A DNA stretch of 64,000 bases from Candidatus Nanohalarchaeota archaeon (GCA_017610385.1 JAFCCC010000003.1:1-64000); one strand, 5' to 3'; counted from the first letter of the stretch, positions 27,131 to 38,362 are shown. The notes: a model not told the origin generated them from the sequence alone. Translations and numbers: made by a program.

Positions 27131-27355
27131 ATGATCATCATGTCAGAGGATATTTTTGATGAAGTAATGAAAGAATTTGAACAGGAAATAGAATGGAAAA
27201 AAGAGAAAAAACCATTAAATGTTGAATTTACACCTGTTGAAACGGACGGTGATGAGGAGAACAAGTTTCATAAGCACAATCTAATCTTAGCTAAGGTTAA
27301 TATAATCAAAAAGCAACTCAATGAATTAAGAGAGCTTTTAAGCGCTGTTAAATAA
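27131..27355 (+). CDS. Small hypothetical protein
   Basis: 74-aa ORF with a C-terminal coiled coil. Confidence 0.55.
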   Translation: MIIMSEDIFDEVMKEFEQEIEWKKEKKPLNVEFTPVETDGDEENKFHKHNLILAKVNIIKKQLNELRELLSAVK

Positions 27356-27395
27356 CACTTTAATAACGCTTAAACGAATCAGAATAAATTCTCAA

Positions 27396-28901
27396 TTAAA
27401 TAAACGCTTCTGTGTCTTTGTTCAAATTCGCTTTTTTCTGGGCGTAGTCTTTAGCGACCTGTTCTAGATTTCTACCGGTTTCAAATTCTTTAGAACGCCG
27501 TTTTCTTACAGAAACGAAGATTGGATTTGTTACGGCCTCTCCAACAACAATACAATCTCCAACCCGTAATCCTGGAATGCTTTTTCGTACATCCGCGGTT
27601 ATGCCTTCAGAACTTTCTTCTATATGTTTTAAATCATAGGGATTTGTTACTCTCAAAAAAATGTGTGTATTACATTGAGAAAGCGCGGTTGTTGATAATC
27701 CTGCAGGTCTTTGAGAAATCAACCCCAAACACGCTCCGAATTTCCTTCCTTCTCTTGCAATTTTTATTATAATCCCTCTACTTATTGCAGAAGCTCTATT
27801 GATTCCTTCTGGGGCAAAATTATGCGCTTCTTCCACAAGCACAAAAAACGGAGGTATTTTATTTTTTTGACGTGCTCTAAATAGCCTTTTCATGAATTGA
27901 TCCACTATAATTTGTTTTTTAGTTTGATCTGTAGTATTTGATAAATCTAAAACAATCATCTTGCCTGCTTCAATTTTTTCCAAAGACGGATTGTCATATT
28001 TTCCAAATAAATAAAGCCTTTGTAATCTATCAAGTTTGTCTAAGAGGATTTCTTTTGTTTTTGTGTTAATATTAGAATCCATTAATTTATTTTCAATATC
28101 CTTTAAACCAAATGGTCCAGAATTCTCCTTGCTGTTGTGCTTTAGTTCATTTAAAATTCTTCCTAATTCTCTTTTTTGAGCTGGTTTCAAATCTGGAAAA
28201 ATATGTTCAAATTCCTGGGCACTTAATTCCATAGCACTTAATTTGATATCTCTTGCAGAATAAACTAAGATTTTATTCATATATTTTTCATCTTTTGCAA
28301 AACCAGAATACTCTCCATGTGGATCTATCGCAATTATCGCAATTTGCCCTTTTTCTGGTTCCCGGTCTAGTAATTCCTCTAATAAAACAGATGCAAGATA
28401 TGATTTGCCTGCACCAGATTTCGCCAAAATTGCAATGTGTTTTTGTAAAGTTTTTGTTAAATTTAAAACAGCTTCTAATTTGTGGTGTTGTAATGTACCA
28501 ATATTTAATCCGTAGGCCGGATCTAAACCCAAAAATTTAGATAATCTTTGCGGTTCCGCCATATAAATTTTAGTTCCTGGAGATGGCGGAAAGCAAGATC
28601 TTCTTTGAATTTTATTATCATAAATTCCTAAGATTATGCCATCACCTACTAAATATTCCCAATCTTGAGTTGGGAATAAATTTTCCATTGTTAACCCGCT
28701 TTTTTCATATTCATTGACGCTCTCTGCTTGCATAAAATACCTGTTTGTTTTCGTAATTTCAGAAACACGCGCAATTGCCTTTCCTTCTTCTGTATCAAAC
28801 TCAACAAATTGATCTTTTCGAATTGGACCTCTTATAATAAATTTAAATCTGTCTGTCGTAGGACTATCAAATGTAGAAATTATTGTTCCAACTTCTTCCA
28901 T
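27396..28901 (-). CDS. herA: HerA-family helicase/ATPase
   Basis: HAS-barrel N-terminus, HIAILAKSGAGKS, EEAHNFAP, IAREGRKFG, SQRP. Confidence 0.9.
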   Translation of the reverse strand: MEEVGTIISTFDSPTTDRFKFIIRGPIRKDQFVEFDTEEGKAIARVSEITKTNRYFMQAESVNEYEKSGLTMENLFPTQDWEYLVGDGIILGIYDNKIQRRSCFPPSPGTKIYMAEPQRLSKFLGLDPAYGLNIGTLQHHKLEAVLNLTKTLQKHIAILAKSGAGKSYLASVLLEELLDREPEKGQIAIIAIDPHGEYSGFAKDEKYMNKILVYSARDIKLSAMELSAQEFEHIFPDLKPAQKRELGRILNELKHNSKENSGPFGLKDIENKLMDSNINTKTKEILLDKLDRLQRLYLFGKYDNPSLEKIEAGKMIVLDLSNTTDQTKKQIIVDQFMKRLFRARQKNKIPPFFVLVEEAHNFAPEGINRASAISRGIIIKIAREGRKFGACLGLISQRPAGLSTTALSQCNTHIFLRVTNPYDLKHIEESSEGITADVRKSIPGLRVGDCIVVGEAVTNPIFVSVRKRRSKEFETGRNLEQVAKDYAQKKANLNKDTEAFI

Positions 28902-29085
28902 ACTTTTCAATTGTTGAAAAAAGTTAAATAAACAACGAATATGCATTACAAAACCGAAAATGCACTACGTAAAAACTACGCATTACACTTAAATTCGGAA
29001 AAAGCTTATAAACCTTGTCCTTATAGCCGAAATCTTTTTATATTATGCGTTTAATTTTGAATTAAACTCACAGAGATGATTTTAT

Positions 29086-29316
29086 ATGAGTGTTAAACAA
29101 GAGATTACTAACCTTCAAAAAGGGTTTTTGAACGCCTACATTGATGAAGCAACTTCTATGGACAAATTAAAAGAACTTTTCGAAGATTTAATCGAAGACT
29201 ATGAGGTAGAAGATATTCAAGCACTTTTAACTGGTATGAAATTGGATCCAGAGTTCAAAGATGTGGTACTTCATGCTTTTGAAGAATTTGAGGAAACTTT
29301 AGCAATTGTAATGTAA
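29086..29316 (+). CDS. Small acidic hypothetical protein
   Basis: 76-aa ORF with a GAGATGA ribosome-binding-like motif upstream. Confidence 0.6.
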   Translation: MSVKQEITNLQKGFLNAYIDEATSMDKLKELFEDLIEDYEVEDIQALLTGMKLDPEFKDVVLHAFEEFEETLAIVM

Positions 29317-29364
29317 TTGGTTGCTGAACTTATTACTCATTTAGAAGTTACCTTTCTCCTGCAA

Positions 29365-29958
29365 TTAAGAATCAAGCGCTAATAATGTTTTATATGCTTC
29401 TTCAATATTTTCTTTTGCATTTTCTATAACAACATCATCATGTCCTGGATATATGGTGCTTATATCCAGTTTTCTTAATTTTCTGATTGATTCTATAAGA
29501 TCCACCCGTGATCCTCCGTTCAAATCGAAACGACCGAAATTTCCATTTGAAAAGATAGTATCTCCTGAAAACAAGATTTTACTTTTTCTATCATAAAGAC
29601 AGATTCCTCCTGAAGTGTGACCTGGCGTAGGTATTACTTCCAAATATTCAAAATCACCTAGTTGAATTCGATTCCCAATTTTTTCAGCAGGGAAACGTAA
29701 TGAGGATAAATCTAGTTCGTGAATATAGACTGGGCATTCGTATTTCTGGCTCAATTTATATGCTCCACCAGCATGATCTGGGTGATTGTGCGTTAGAACA
29801 ATTGCAGATAATCTGCCTGTGATTTTGTCTATTTCCGATATAATTTTGTGCCCGGATTTATAGCCTGAATCTATTAATACAGGATTTTCTGCTTCAATCA
29901 AGTATATATTAGTCTTCATTCCAAAGAAAGTGCGATCCACTATCTTGTGAATTTTCAT
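29365..29958 (-). CDS. MBL-fold metallo-hydrolase (glyoxalase II-like)
   Basis: THNHPDH, TPGHT.G, FSGD, PGH. Confidence 0.92.
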   Translation of the reverse strand: MKIHKIVDRTFFGMKTNIYLIEAENPVLIDSGYKSGHKIISEIDKITGRLSAIVLTHNHPDHAGGAYKLSQKYECPVYIHELDLSSLRFPAEKIGNRIQLGDFEYLEVIPTPGHTSGGICLYDRKSKILFSGDTIFSNGNFGRFDLNGGSRVDLIESIRKLRKLDISTIYPGHDDVVIENAKENIEEAYKTLLALDS

Positions 29959-30143
29959 ATCATTGTTTTGATTTTATAAGATAAATATGCTATGAGATAT
30001 TATCTAAAAATCCAGATTTTTACTGAATTTACATATTAATTTTTATTTAACCGCACTTTGACCGAAACATTTATATAGTTATTATGAATATATATGCAGT
30101 ATCTGTTATGAATAAAAATTCATAATAGTTGAGGTGAATAAGA

Positions 30144-30455
30144 ATGCCAAGAGGCGATCGGACAGGACCAGATGGATTTGGTTCAAGAACAGGAAGAGGA
30201 TTAGGTTACTGCTCAGGATATAATAGTCCTGGGTTTACAAGAGGAACTCCTAGAGGTGGAGGATTTTTTGGAGGTCGAGGCCGAAATTTTGGTCAAGGGC
30301 GCGGTTTTGGGTTTCAGAGAAATTTGAGTCCACAAACCGTCTATGATCCCCTGACTCTAACAAAAGAAGAACAGAAGAAAATTCTTCAAGAAGATAAGAA
30401 AGAATTAGAAGAAGAATTAAAAAGAATAGATGATAAACTTAAAGAGTTAAAGTAG
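30144..30455 (+). CDS. DUF5320 family Gly/Arg-rich protein
   Basis: MPRGDRTGP.G.G.RTGRGLGYC. Confidence 0.85.
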   Translation: MPRGDRTGPDGFGSRTGRGLGYCSGYNSPGFTRGTPRGGGFFGGRGRNFGQGRGFGFQRNLSPQTVYDPLTLTKEEQKKILQEDKKELEEELKRIDDKLKELK

Positions 30456-30465
30456 GAGGTATAAA

Positions 30466-30774
30466 ATGCCAAGACCAAGAAGGTGCAGGAGGGTGTGGGG
30501 AGAACCCCGATTTAATACATTTAAACCCTCCGGAATTCCTTCTAATATGTTAGAACAAGTAATTTTAACAGTAAATGAGTACGAAGCAATTAGATTAAAA
30601 GATCTTGAAAACTTAGATCAAGAAAGAGCTGCTGAAAAGATGAATATTTCTCAGCCAACCTTTCACAGGCTTTTAACTTCTGCGCGTAAGAAAATTACAG
30701 AGGCCATTGTCAACGGAAAGTCAATTAGAATTGAGGGCGGAAATTATGAAATTCAAAAAAGAAAATTAATATGA
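30466..30774 (+). CDS. DUF134 family HTH protein
   Basis: MPRPRRCRRV...FKP.G...EYEAIRLKD...M.ISQPTF.R. Confidence 0.9.
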   Translation: MPRPRRCRRVWGEPRFNTFKPSGIPSNMLEQVILTVNEYEAIRLKDLENLDQERAAEKMNISQPTFHRLLTSARKKITEAIVNGKSIRIEGGNYEIQKRKLI

Positions 30775-30825
30775 ATTTTATATTTATTTTGCCTATGTGT
30801 AATGCTTTTGGAATTACTAGAAAAG

Positions 30826-31179
30826 TTATCTGCTTAGAACTATTTTATATGTTAAGTCAGTTTCATCTCCTGTAAGATATGGCAATATTCTTCCAGCAAC
30901 TTCGGTGCCGTAGTGTATAGAACCAGGATAGCGAGGTAGATTAAAATAACCATTTAAAATATCTTCTAATTCGTTAGGAGAGTTTGGAACCCCATTTTCC
31001 TCAAGATACTCTGCAATCTTTAAACAAGTTTCTTCAAAGCCAGGTCTAACTATTGTTAGTGATTTAAGACTTAACCACAAGGTTCGGGCGACGTCATTTT
31101 CAAATACTTCTCTGATATTTTCATCAGCACCTTTAGGATCAAAAGCTAAAGGAACTGGATTTGGAATGCCTAATCTCAT
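30826..31179 (-). CDS. Hypothetical protein
   Basis: 117-aa ORF; no motif recognised. Confidence 0.55.
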   Translation of the reverse strand: MRLGIPNPVPLAFDPKGADENIREVFENDVARTLWLSLKSLTIVRPGFEETCLKIAEYLEENGVPNSPNELEDILNGYFNLPRYPGSIHYGTEVAGRILPYLTGDETDLTYKIVLSR

Positions 31180-31395
31180 TTTTGGTCACAAAGCAATTAT
31201 GTTCTTAAAATTATTTAACTTCGCGTAGTGGTTGTTAAGTATTTACTCTAAATTTATAAAATTTCATTATAAATAAAAAACATGATAATTATAAATGCGG
31301 ATTGCATTTCTAATTGATAATACACATTTTTTATAGTTTCAACTGTTTTCTAAAAACCCATTTAAAATAATGCGTTCAATTAAATTGTGGAAGTT

Positions 31396-32862
31396 ATGAA
31401 AAAAACTGTAAAAGAATTCAAAATTAGCAAAGAGAAAAATTTTAATGATTGGTTTAATTCAGTTGTTAAACGATCAGATTTAGTAGATCAAGATTATGGT
31501 GCAAAAGGCTTCGTAGTTAAAAAACCAATGACCATGATGATTGTTGAGACGATTAGGAATATGTATGAAGCAGAATACAAAAATACAGGACATTTGCCAG
31601 TTCATTTTCCTACAGTGGTTCCTGAAAAGAATTTTGAAAAAGAGAAAGACCATGTAGAAGGATTTGCTCCAAATGTATTTTGGGTTACAGAAGCTGGTGC
31701 AGAAGGTAAAAAATTAGAGGAACGATTAGCTTTGAAACCAACTGGTGAAACTGCTATTTATCCATCTTATTCAAAATGGGTTCGTTCTTATCGAGATTTA
31801 CCTATTAAATACTATCAATTTGGTACTGTTTTTAGATATGAAACAAAGGCGACTAAGCCATATATGCGAGAACGTGAATTTCTTTGGTTTGAGTCTCACA
31901 ACGTTTATGAAACCAAAAAAGAAATGAAAGCTCAAATTAAAGAGGATCTTAAAATTACAGAAAAGATTGTTCATCAAAAGTTAGGTGTGCCGTTTTTGTA
32001 TGTTAAAAGACCACAATGGGATAAATTTCCTGGCGCAGATAACACGTATGTTGCTGATGTTCCTTTAGTTAATGGGCACGTTGTACAAATTGCTTCTACT
32101 CATGAATTAGGACAAGGATTTGCCAAAGCTTTTGATATAAAATTTACAGATAAAAACGAGAAAGTTAAATACGCTTGGCAAACATGTTATGGTCCTGGAA
32201 TTGCTCGGATGGTGGCTTCCTTAGTTTGTGTTCATGGAGATGATAAGGGGTTAGTTTTACCTTTTGAGGTGGCTGCCACACAAATTGTTATAATTCCTAT
32301 TTTGTTCGGAAAAAATAATGAAAAAGTTTTGAAGAAAGGTATAGAATTAAAGAAAAAATTAAAGAAATTTAGAACAGTTTTTGATAATTCTGATGCATCT
32401 CCAGGAGAAAAATACAATGAATGGGAATTAAAAGGAGTTCCAATTAGAATTGAGATTGGTCCAAGAGAGGTTGAAAACAAAGAATTAACATTAGTTCGCA
32501 GGGATACAAAAGAAAAAATTAAAATTAAAGAAAAAGATCTTCTGATTGAAATTAATAAATTAAAAAAAGATATTTTACAAAATATTAAAAAGACCGCAGA
32601 AAAATTGATGGAATCCAAGATTGTAACTGCGGAAAATTACAAAGATATTGTTAAAAAACTCAAAGAAGGTAAAATTGTCAAAGCACCATTTTGTTCAACT
32701 GATTTCGAAGGAGAAGATTGTGCAGACAAAATTAAAGAAGATAGTTCCGCGTTAGTTCGAGGAACCGCATTAAACGTAAAAGACAAATTAAATAAAAATT
32801 CTAAGTGTATTGTTTGCGGTAGGCCAGCAAAGGAATTGGTTTATATTGCAAAGGATTACTAG
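31396..32862 (+). CDS. proS: Proline--tRNA ligase (archaeal/eukaryotic type)
   Basis: KEKDHVEGFAP, FRYETKAT, REREF, WELKGVPIRIEIGP, C-terminal zinc motif and AKDY end. Confidence 0.95.
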   Translation: MKKTVKEFKISKEKNFNDWFNSVVKRSDLVDQDYGAKGFVVKKPMTMMIVETIRNMYEAEYKNTGHLPVHFPTVVPEKNFEKEKDHVEGFAPNVFWVTEAGAEGKKLEERLALKPTGETAIYPSYSKWVRSYRDLPIKYYQFGTVFRYETKATKPYMREREFLWFESHNVYETKKEMKAQIKEDLKITEKIVHQKLGVPFLYVKRPQWDKFPGADNTYVADVPLVNGHVVQIASTHELGQGFAKAFDIKFTDKNEKVKYAWQTCYGPGIARMVASLVCVHGDDKGLVLPFEVAATQIVIIPILFGKNNEKVLKKGIELKKKLKKFRTVFDNSDASPGEKYNEWELKGVPIRIEIGPREVENKELTLVRRDTKEKIKIKEKDLLIEINKLKKDILQNIKKTAEKLMESKIVTAENYKDIVKKLKEGKIVKAPFCSTDFEGEDCADKIKEDSSALVRGTALNVKDKLNKNSKCIVCGRPAKELVYIAKDY

Positions 32863-33043
32863 GGTACTTCTAATTTATTTAGAAATAGCCCTATAAAATC
32901 TAAGATAAATTTTATTTAAACATAAGAATTATTTTTTAAAACTGTAAATCTGTTTAATAAAGAAAAAGATCATATTAAAAAAACACGATTGAAACTAACT
33001 ACTAACTCTCTATTTTAAAAGAATAATCTATTAAATAAGATAT

Positions 33044-33580
33044 ATGAAAAACGCAATAAATGTTTCAGAAGGAATAATGACAGAAAATTACAAACGTTTT
33101 GCATCAATAATATTTATTATAATTACCTTTATTTTTTTAGTGACCTTTGTCTCCTTTTATATAAAAGAATATTCTCCGGGTTTTTGCTATTGTGGCCTAC
33201 CTTTGTGGGTTATTGTACTTGTTATTTCTTCCTCAGGACTTTTTATCGGAGGATTTGTTTACTATCTATTCAATAAAGATCACATCAAAGAAAAAAATAA
33301 GATCGTAAAAGGAATAAAAAAGACATTATGTTTTCTAGAAAGAGAGGAAAAAAACATTATTACAGCCCTAATTGAGCATTCTGGAGAAATAACCCAAAAA
33401 AATCTTTCTGATCAAACTGGTTTTAATAAAGTGAAAATATCACGAGTGATCAACAAACTTGAGGTTAAGGGATTAATCAAAAAAATGAAATACGGAATGA
33501 CTAATAAGATTGTTTTAAATGAAGACTTGAAAAATTTATTTGAGAAAGTGACTGTTTCAAAATCTGAAACCAATGTTTAA
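33044..33580 (+). CDS. Membrane-anchored winged-HTH protein
   Basis: Two N-terminal TM segments, then GEITQK.L....G..KVKISRVINKLE.KGLI. Confidence 0.8.
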   Translation: MKNAINVSEGIMTENYKRFASIIFIIITFIFLVTFVSFYIKEYSPGFCYCGLPLWVIVLVISSSGLFIGGFVYYLFNKDHIKEKNKIVKGIKKTLCFLEREEKNIITALIEHSGEITQKNLSDQTGFNKVKISRVINKLEVKGLIKKMKYGMTNKIVLNEDLKNLFEKVTVSKSETNV

Positions 33581-33662
33581 AAGGAGTTTCATACAAAAAA
33601 CAAGTATGAAATTTAAACAAAATCAAAATAGAAGTTCGTATAAGAGAACAAGGTGTCAGTAT

Positions 33663-34214
33663 ATGAAAATAGTATTCTTGAGTGCAGTATTATTATTAGC
33701 AATTATTTCATTTACTTTGCCAAAAGTTTCTGCATTGGAAAATGAAAGCAAAGTAATATTGTATCTTTTTTGGGGAAACGGATGCCCTCACTGCGCGCAG
33801 ATGGATCGTTTTTTGAATGGCCTAGAAGAAAAATACCCCGTATTTGAGGTTAAAAAATTTGAAGTCTATTCTAACCAGACAAACAGGGAATTATTTGAGA
33901 GCATTGCTAAAGCACATCATTCAAAAATTCAAGGAGTTCCAACCGCGTTTATTGATAAAAAAATTTTTGTAGGATATAGTAATGAGATCGGAATTGAATT
34001 AGAAAATAGAGTTATAGACTGTATAAAAAATGGTTGTGTTTCTCCACAAGAGATTTCAAATGACAATGAAAGTGCGAGTGGAAATATAAGTAGTTTTTCT
34101 TCGTATGAAAATACAAAATCTGGGTTAACTATCTTTATTGTTATGGTCGTTTTATTTGTAAGTTTAATAGTGTCACTAGGTTTCTTAAAAAAAATAAGGG
34201 GCATTAAAAAATGA
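33663..34214 (+). CDS. Exported thioredoxin/glutaredoxin-like protein
   Basis: Signal peptide, FWGNGCPHC, GVPT cis-Pro motif, C-terminal TM. Confidence 0.85.
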   Translation: MKIVFLSAVLLLAIISFTLPKVSALENESKVILYLFWGNGCPHCAQMDRFLNGLEEKYPVFEVKKFEVYSNQTNRELFESIAKAHHSKIQGVPTAFIDKKIFVGYSNEIGIELENRVIDCIKNGCVSPQEISNDNESASGNISSFSSYENTKSGLTIFIVMVVLFVSLIVSLGFLKKIRGIKK

Positions 34215-34912
34215 TCGTAGGTGGTCTTACCTGGACAACGCTTATAGGCGCAGCAGCAGTTGATTCAATTAATCCTTGTACTTTAGCTATTTTATTGATG
34301 TTATTGACAACTCTAATACTGGCTGAAAATAAGAATAAAATTTTAGGAGTTGGAATTGTATTTTCATTAGCGATATATATTTCTTATTTTCTTATGGGTT
34401 TAGGACTTTATTCTGCTGTTCAAATGGCAGGAAATTTACACATATTTTATTATTTTGTAATTGGAATCGCCATACTTGTTGGCTTGCTAAGTATCAAAGA
34501 TTATTTCAATTATCAACCAGGAGTTTTGGCTGTAGAAATTCCTATGAAGTGGAGATCAACATTAAAAAGCTTAATCGGACGAGTTACGTCTATTCCGGGA
34601 GCGGCAGTAATTGGATTTTTTTGTTCTTTATTTTTAATCCCTTGTTCTTCTGGCCCATATCTCGTAATCCTTGGATTATTAGCAAAAACATCAACAAGAC
34701 TTGTAGCTATGCCTTTATTATTATTTTATAATTTTATTTTTATTTTGCCTATGCTTATAATGACGTTGTTAGTTTATTTTGGAACGACTAGTGTTGAACA
34801 AATCTCTGCATGGAGAGAAAAATACATAAAACTAATTCACTTAGTATCTGGTGTTATAATGCTTGCATTAGCAAGTCTTCTAGTTTATGCTATATGTGCA
34901 GGATGGGTTTAG
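34211..34912 (+). CDS. CcdA/DsbD-like cytochrome c biogenesis / disulfide-transfer membrane protein
   Basis: DSINPC and PCSSGPY membrane cysteines; about 6 TM segments. Confidence 0.82.
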   Translation: MIVGGLTWTTLIGAAAVDSINPCTLAILLMLLTTLILAENKNKILGVGIVFSLAIYISYFLMGLGLYSAVQMAGNLHIFYYFVIGIAILVGLLSIKDYFNYQPGVLAVEIPMKWRSTLKSLIGRVTSIPGAAVIGFFCSLFLIPCSSGPYLVILGLLAKTSTRLVAMPLLLFYNFIFILPMLIMTLLVYFGTTSVEQISAWREKYIKLIHLVSGVIMLALASLLVYAICAGWV

Positions 34913-35128
34913 TGGCATATGGTTAAAACAATTTATAAAATAAAAATGATTGCCATTTGGATTTAACAGGATTGCTTGTAATTTATTTGTGGCTTATTGT
35001 AGGCTTAACGCAATCGCTTTGTATCATATTCTTAATAAGGTACAAAGCCGCAATCAGAGAAATCTTTTTATATATGCTACTGTAAGAAATATGTATAGAT
35101 TCTATAGATCCTTTCTGAGGTTTTATAA

Positions 35129-35752
35129 ATGGAAAAAGATATGAAAAAATTTAATACAGGAACGACAACTATAGGGCTTGTCGGAAAAAATGCAGTTGTT
35201 TTGGCTGCAGATAAGCAAGCGACTATGGGATACTTGAAAGCGTCAAAAAACGCTCAAAAAATATTTCAACTAGACGAGCATATTGGACTTACTATTGCAG
35301 GTTCTGTTGGAGATGCTCAACGTTTAATTCGATGGGTTAAATCTGAATTAAAATTACGAAAGTTAGAAGTTGGAGAAATGAGTGTTAAAGGCGTTTCAAC
35401 ATTGTTAGCCAATGTATTGCAATCAAATAAATTTACACCCTTTTTTAATCAGTTTATAACCGCGGGAGTAGATAAAAACGGACCAGTTTTATATGATTTA
35501 GATATGGCTGGGGGATTAATAGAGCACAGAAAATTTGTTTCAACTGGGTCTGGTTCTGTAATTGCATATGGTGTTTTAGAAGATGCATTTAGAGAAAACA
35601 TGAAAAATGAAGATTTAATATCTTTAGCAATTAGGTCCGTTAAAGCAGCTAGTCAAAGAGATGTGAATTCTGGTGAAGGTTTCAATATTTCCTTGATTAC
35701 TAAAACCGGTTATAAAGCATTATCTCCCAAAGAAATTGGAACTTATTTGTAA
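35129..35752 (+). CDS. psmB: Proteasome beta subunit
   Basis: TG/TTTIG propeptide cleavage site, AADK, GSGS, RD..SG. Confidence 0.95.
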   Translation: MEKDMKKFNTGTTTIGLVGKNAVVLAADKQATMGYLKASKNAQKIFQLDEHIGLTIAGSVGDAQRLIRWVKSELKLRKLEVGEMSVKGVSTLLANVLQSNKFTPFFNQFITAGVDKNGPVLYDLDMAGGLIEHRKFVSTGSGSVIAYGVLEDAFRENMKNEDLISLAIRSVKAASQRDVNSGEGFNISLITKTGYKALSPKEIGTYL

Positions 35753-35786
35753 CTTAATTGTAAATTGAATTCTTAAAAGGACAAAA

Positions 35787-37649
35787 ATGAAAGAACTTGA
35801 AGACTTAAAGAAGGAGTTACCTGCTGACGCAATGCTTGTTGAGGCATGTTATGAAGGATGTAATGTTGTTTTTTACACTAAAAATAAGAACTTCTTTATA
35901 AAAAACGAACAAGTTGTAAGGCAATTAGTTTCAAAGCTAAGAAAACGTGTTGAAATTAGACCTGCTTCTACAATAACCACGGAACCAGACAAAGCCAAGA
36001 TAAAAATTAAGAAAATTATTCCTACGGATGCGGGATTATCTGAATTAATTTTTCAACCAGAATTCGGTAAAGTTATTCTTAGAGCGAAAAAGCCTGGTTT
36101 AGTTATTGGTAGAAATGGCGAAACACTAGATAAAATTAAAAAAGAAACCTATTGGTTGCCTGTTGTTGAAAGAGTTCCCGCAATTGATTCTAAAATTGTG
36201 GATAAAGCAAGAGAATTAACTGTAGGAAATCCCTCCTTCAGAAAAAAGTTTTTGAATTCTGTAGGCAAGAAAATCAGATTAACTAAAAGCGTCGGAAACG
36301 AATGGGTAAGAATAACTGCGTTGGGGGGTTATAGAGAAGTAGGTAGATCTTGTACTTTGTTACAAACAAAAGGAAGCAAAGTCATGTTAGATTGCGGAAC
36401 AGGATATGGTTCTAAAACATCTTATCCTTATTTGGATGCCCCTGAATTTAATTTACAAGATTTAGATGCAGTCATTATTTCTCACGCGCATTCAGATCAC
36501 TGCATTTTTTTACCATATTTGTATGAATACGGGTATACTGGTCCAGTGTATTGTACAGAACCAACAAGAGATTTAATGATTTTAATGCAATTAGATTTTT
36601 TAGATGTTATTAAACGTGACGGCAGAAAAGCGCCATATTCTAGCCAAGCAATAAAAAAATCAATAGAACATTGTATTCCTTTAGGTTACGGAGAAGTTTC
36701 AGATATTACCGATGATATGCGTTTGACTTTGAATAATGCGGGACATATTCTAGGTTCAGCTTCTGCTCATTTGCATATTGGAGAAGGATTGCATAATATA
36801 GTATATACCGGAGATATTAAATTCGGCAAATCTGAGTTATTAGACTCTGCAGATCCTAATTTTAATAGAGTTGAAACATTAATTTTGGATAGTACTTATG
36901 GAGCACAAAGAAATCCGATGCCACCAAAAAAGGAGTCTAATGCAGGATTTATTAAGTCTGTAAAAGATACCTTAGATAAAAAAGGAAAAGTAATTGTTCC
37001 TGCTTTTTCTATTGGAAGATCTCAAGAAGCAATGTTAGTTTTGTATGATCACTTGGAACAATTCAATGTTCCTGTTTATTTAGATGGTATGATATGGGAT
37101 GCAACTGCATTACATACTGCATATCCTGAATACTTATCCAAGTCTTTACAAAAAAGGATTTTTCATCAAGGAGAAAATCCGTTTTTATCTGAACATTTTA
37201 AAAGAGTCGGTAGTAGTACCGAAAGAGAAAATGTAATTAATGGTGAGTCTTGTATTGTGATTACTACGTCTGGTATGTTGTCTGGTGGACCAGTTTTATC
37301 TTATTTAGAAAGATTAGGCGAAGATTCTAAAAATAAATTAATATTTACAGGATATCAGGCTTCAGGAACTCTTGGGAGAAAAATCCAGAGAGGGTGGAAA
37401 GAAATTCCAATCAATGGTAACAAAACAGTTCGGTTGAATCTAGAAATCGGAGCAGTTGAAGGATTTGGAGGACATAGTGATAGAGCTCAAACTATAAATT
37501 ATGTTGGAAAATTAGGTAGCAGACCAAAGAAAATCATTTGTCAACATGGCGATGATGCAGCAACCTTTAATTTAGCTTCCACGTTACACAAAATTTATAA
37601 CGTAGACACGTGTGCACCACAGAATCTAGAAACAGTGAGATTAGTCTAA
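35787..37649 (+). CDS. Beta-CASP ribonuclease aCPSF1 / FttA
   Basis: N-terminal KH domains, GGYREVGRS, SHAHSDH, AGHILGS, GHSD; adjacent to psmB. Confidence 0.93.
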   Translation: MKELEDLKKELPADAMLVEACYEGCNVVFYTKNKNFFIKNEQVVRQLVSKLRKRVEIRPASTITTEPDKAKIKIKKIIPTDAGLSELIFQPEFGKVILRAKKPGLVIGRNGETLDKIKKETYWLPVVERVPAIDSKIVDKARELTVGNPSFRKKFLNSVGKKIRLTKSVGNEWVRITALGGYREVGRSCTLLQTKGSKVMLDCGTGYGSKTSYPYLDAPEFNLQDLDAVIISHAHSDHCIFLPYLYEYGYTGPVYCTEPTRDLMILMQLDFLDVIKRDGRKAPYSSQAIKKSIEHCIPLGYGEVSDITDDMRLTLNNAGHILGSASAHLHIGEGLHNIVYTGDIKFGKSELLDSADPNFNRVETLILDSTYGAQRNPMPPKKESNAGFIKSVKDTLDKKGKVIVPAFSIGRSQEAMLVLYDHLEQFNVPVYLDGMIWDATALHTAYPEYLSKSLQKRIFHQGENPFLSEHFKRVGSSTERENVINGESCIVITTSGMLSGGPVLSYLERLGEDSKNKLIFTGYQASGTLGRKIQRGWKEIPINGNKTVRLNLEIGAVEGFGGHSDRAQTINYVGKLGSRPKKIICQHGDDAATFNLASTLHKIYNVDTCAPQNLETVRLV

Positions 37650-37697
37650 TTCTTTTAGAAAGAAACGCTAGAATACAAAAAATAATTTAGGGTAAAA

Positions 37698-38045
37698 TCA
37701 CCTATGAACTCTGGCAAAAGATGGGCATGCAACAATCCAATCTTCGTCAACACCCGCAATATCTCCATTCAGTGCAGAAACAGTCTTCTTTAATCTATCA
37801 ATTGCTCTTTTTAAATCAGTCATATCCTTGTCTTTTAATGGTTTGATCTTAATCCAAACGATATTATTCTCTCTTAACATATTTTGAACACGTTCGACAT
37901 CACCAAATTCATTTAAAGTAGCAACTCGGATTTTAACAGTCTTTTCTCCACTATCTGTTACTGCATCTAATTCCACATATTCTTCTTCATTAGAATCATA
38001 TTCCCTAGAAGCTTTTGAGGTGCCAGTTAACCATTTTAAACCCAT
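37698..38045 (-). CDS. sepF: Cell division protein SepF (archaeal)
   Basis: EEYVEL, NIVWIKI, LKRAIDRLK....GDIAGV.EDWIVACP. Confidence 0.88.
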   Translation of the reverse strand: MGLKWLTGTSKASREYDSNEEEYVELDAVTDSGEKTVKIRVATLNEFGDVERVQNMLRENNIVWIKIKPLKDKDMTDLKRAIDRLKKTVSALNGDIAGVDEDWIVACPSFARVHR

Positions 38046-38101
38046 CGAAAATCACTAATAATCTAATTATTTCGAACATATTTAATATTATTGTTTAGTT
38101 A

Positions 38102-38341
38102 CTATACCGTCTCTAATAAAGACGCTATACTCCAAATTTCTGTTCTAGAATATTGTGTTAAATTTGGATCATTACTAGCATCATCTAAAATAGAAATAAC
38201 AGTATTTACTCTGACTGAAACTTCCTCTGTTTCATCCTTTAATGAGATTAAGGCTTCTTTCATCATTTTCTTTACGTTGCTTGGAACTGCTCGGTCTTCG
38301 CAAAGTAAATCCAATTTTTCAGTAATGATTTGTACAGTCAT
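38102..38341 (-). CDS. UPF0147 family protein
   Basis: EDRAVPSNVK, ISILDDASNDPNL..YSRT.IW. Confidence 0.88.
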   Translation of the reverse strand: MTVQIITEKLDLLCEDRAVPSNVKKMMKEALISLKDETEEVSVRVNTVISILDDASNDPNLTQYSRTEIWSIASLLETV

Positions 38342-38362
38342 TTTAATTTTCCTCAGTTCTAC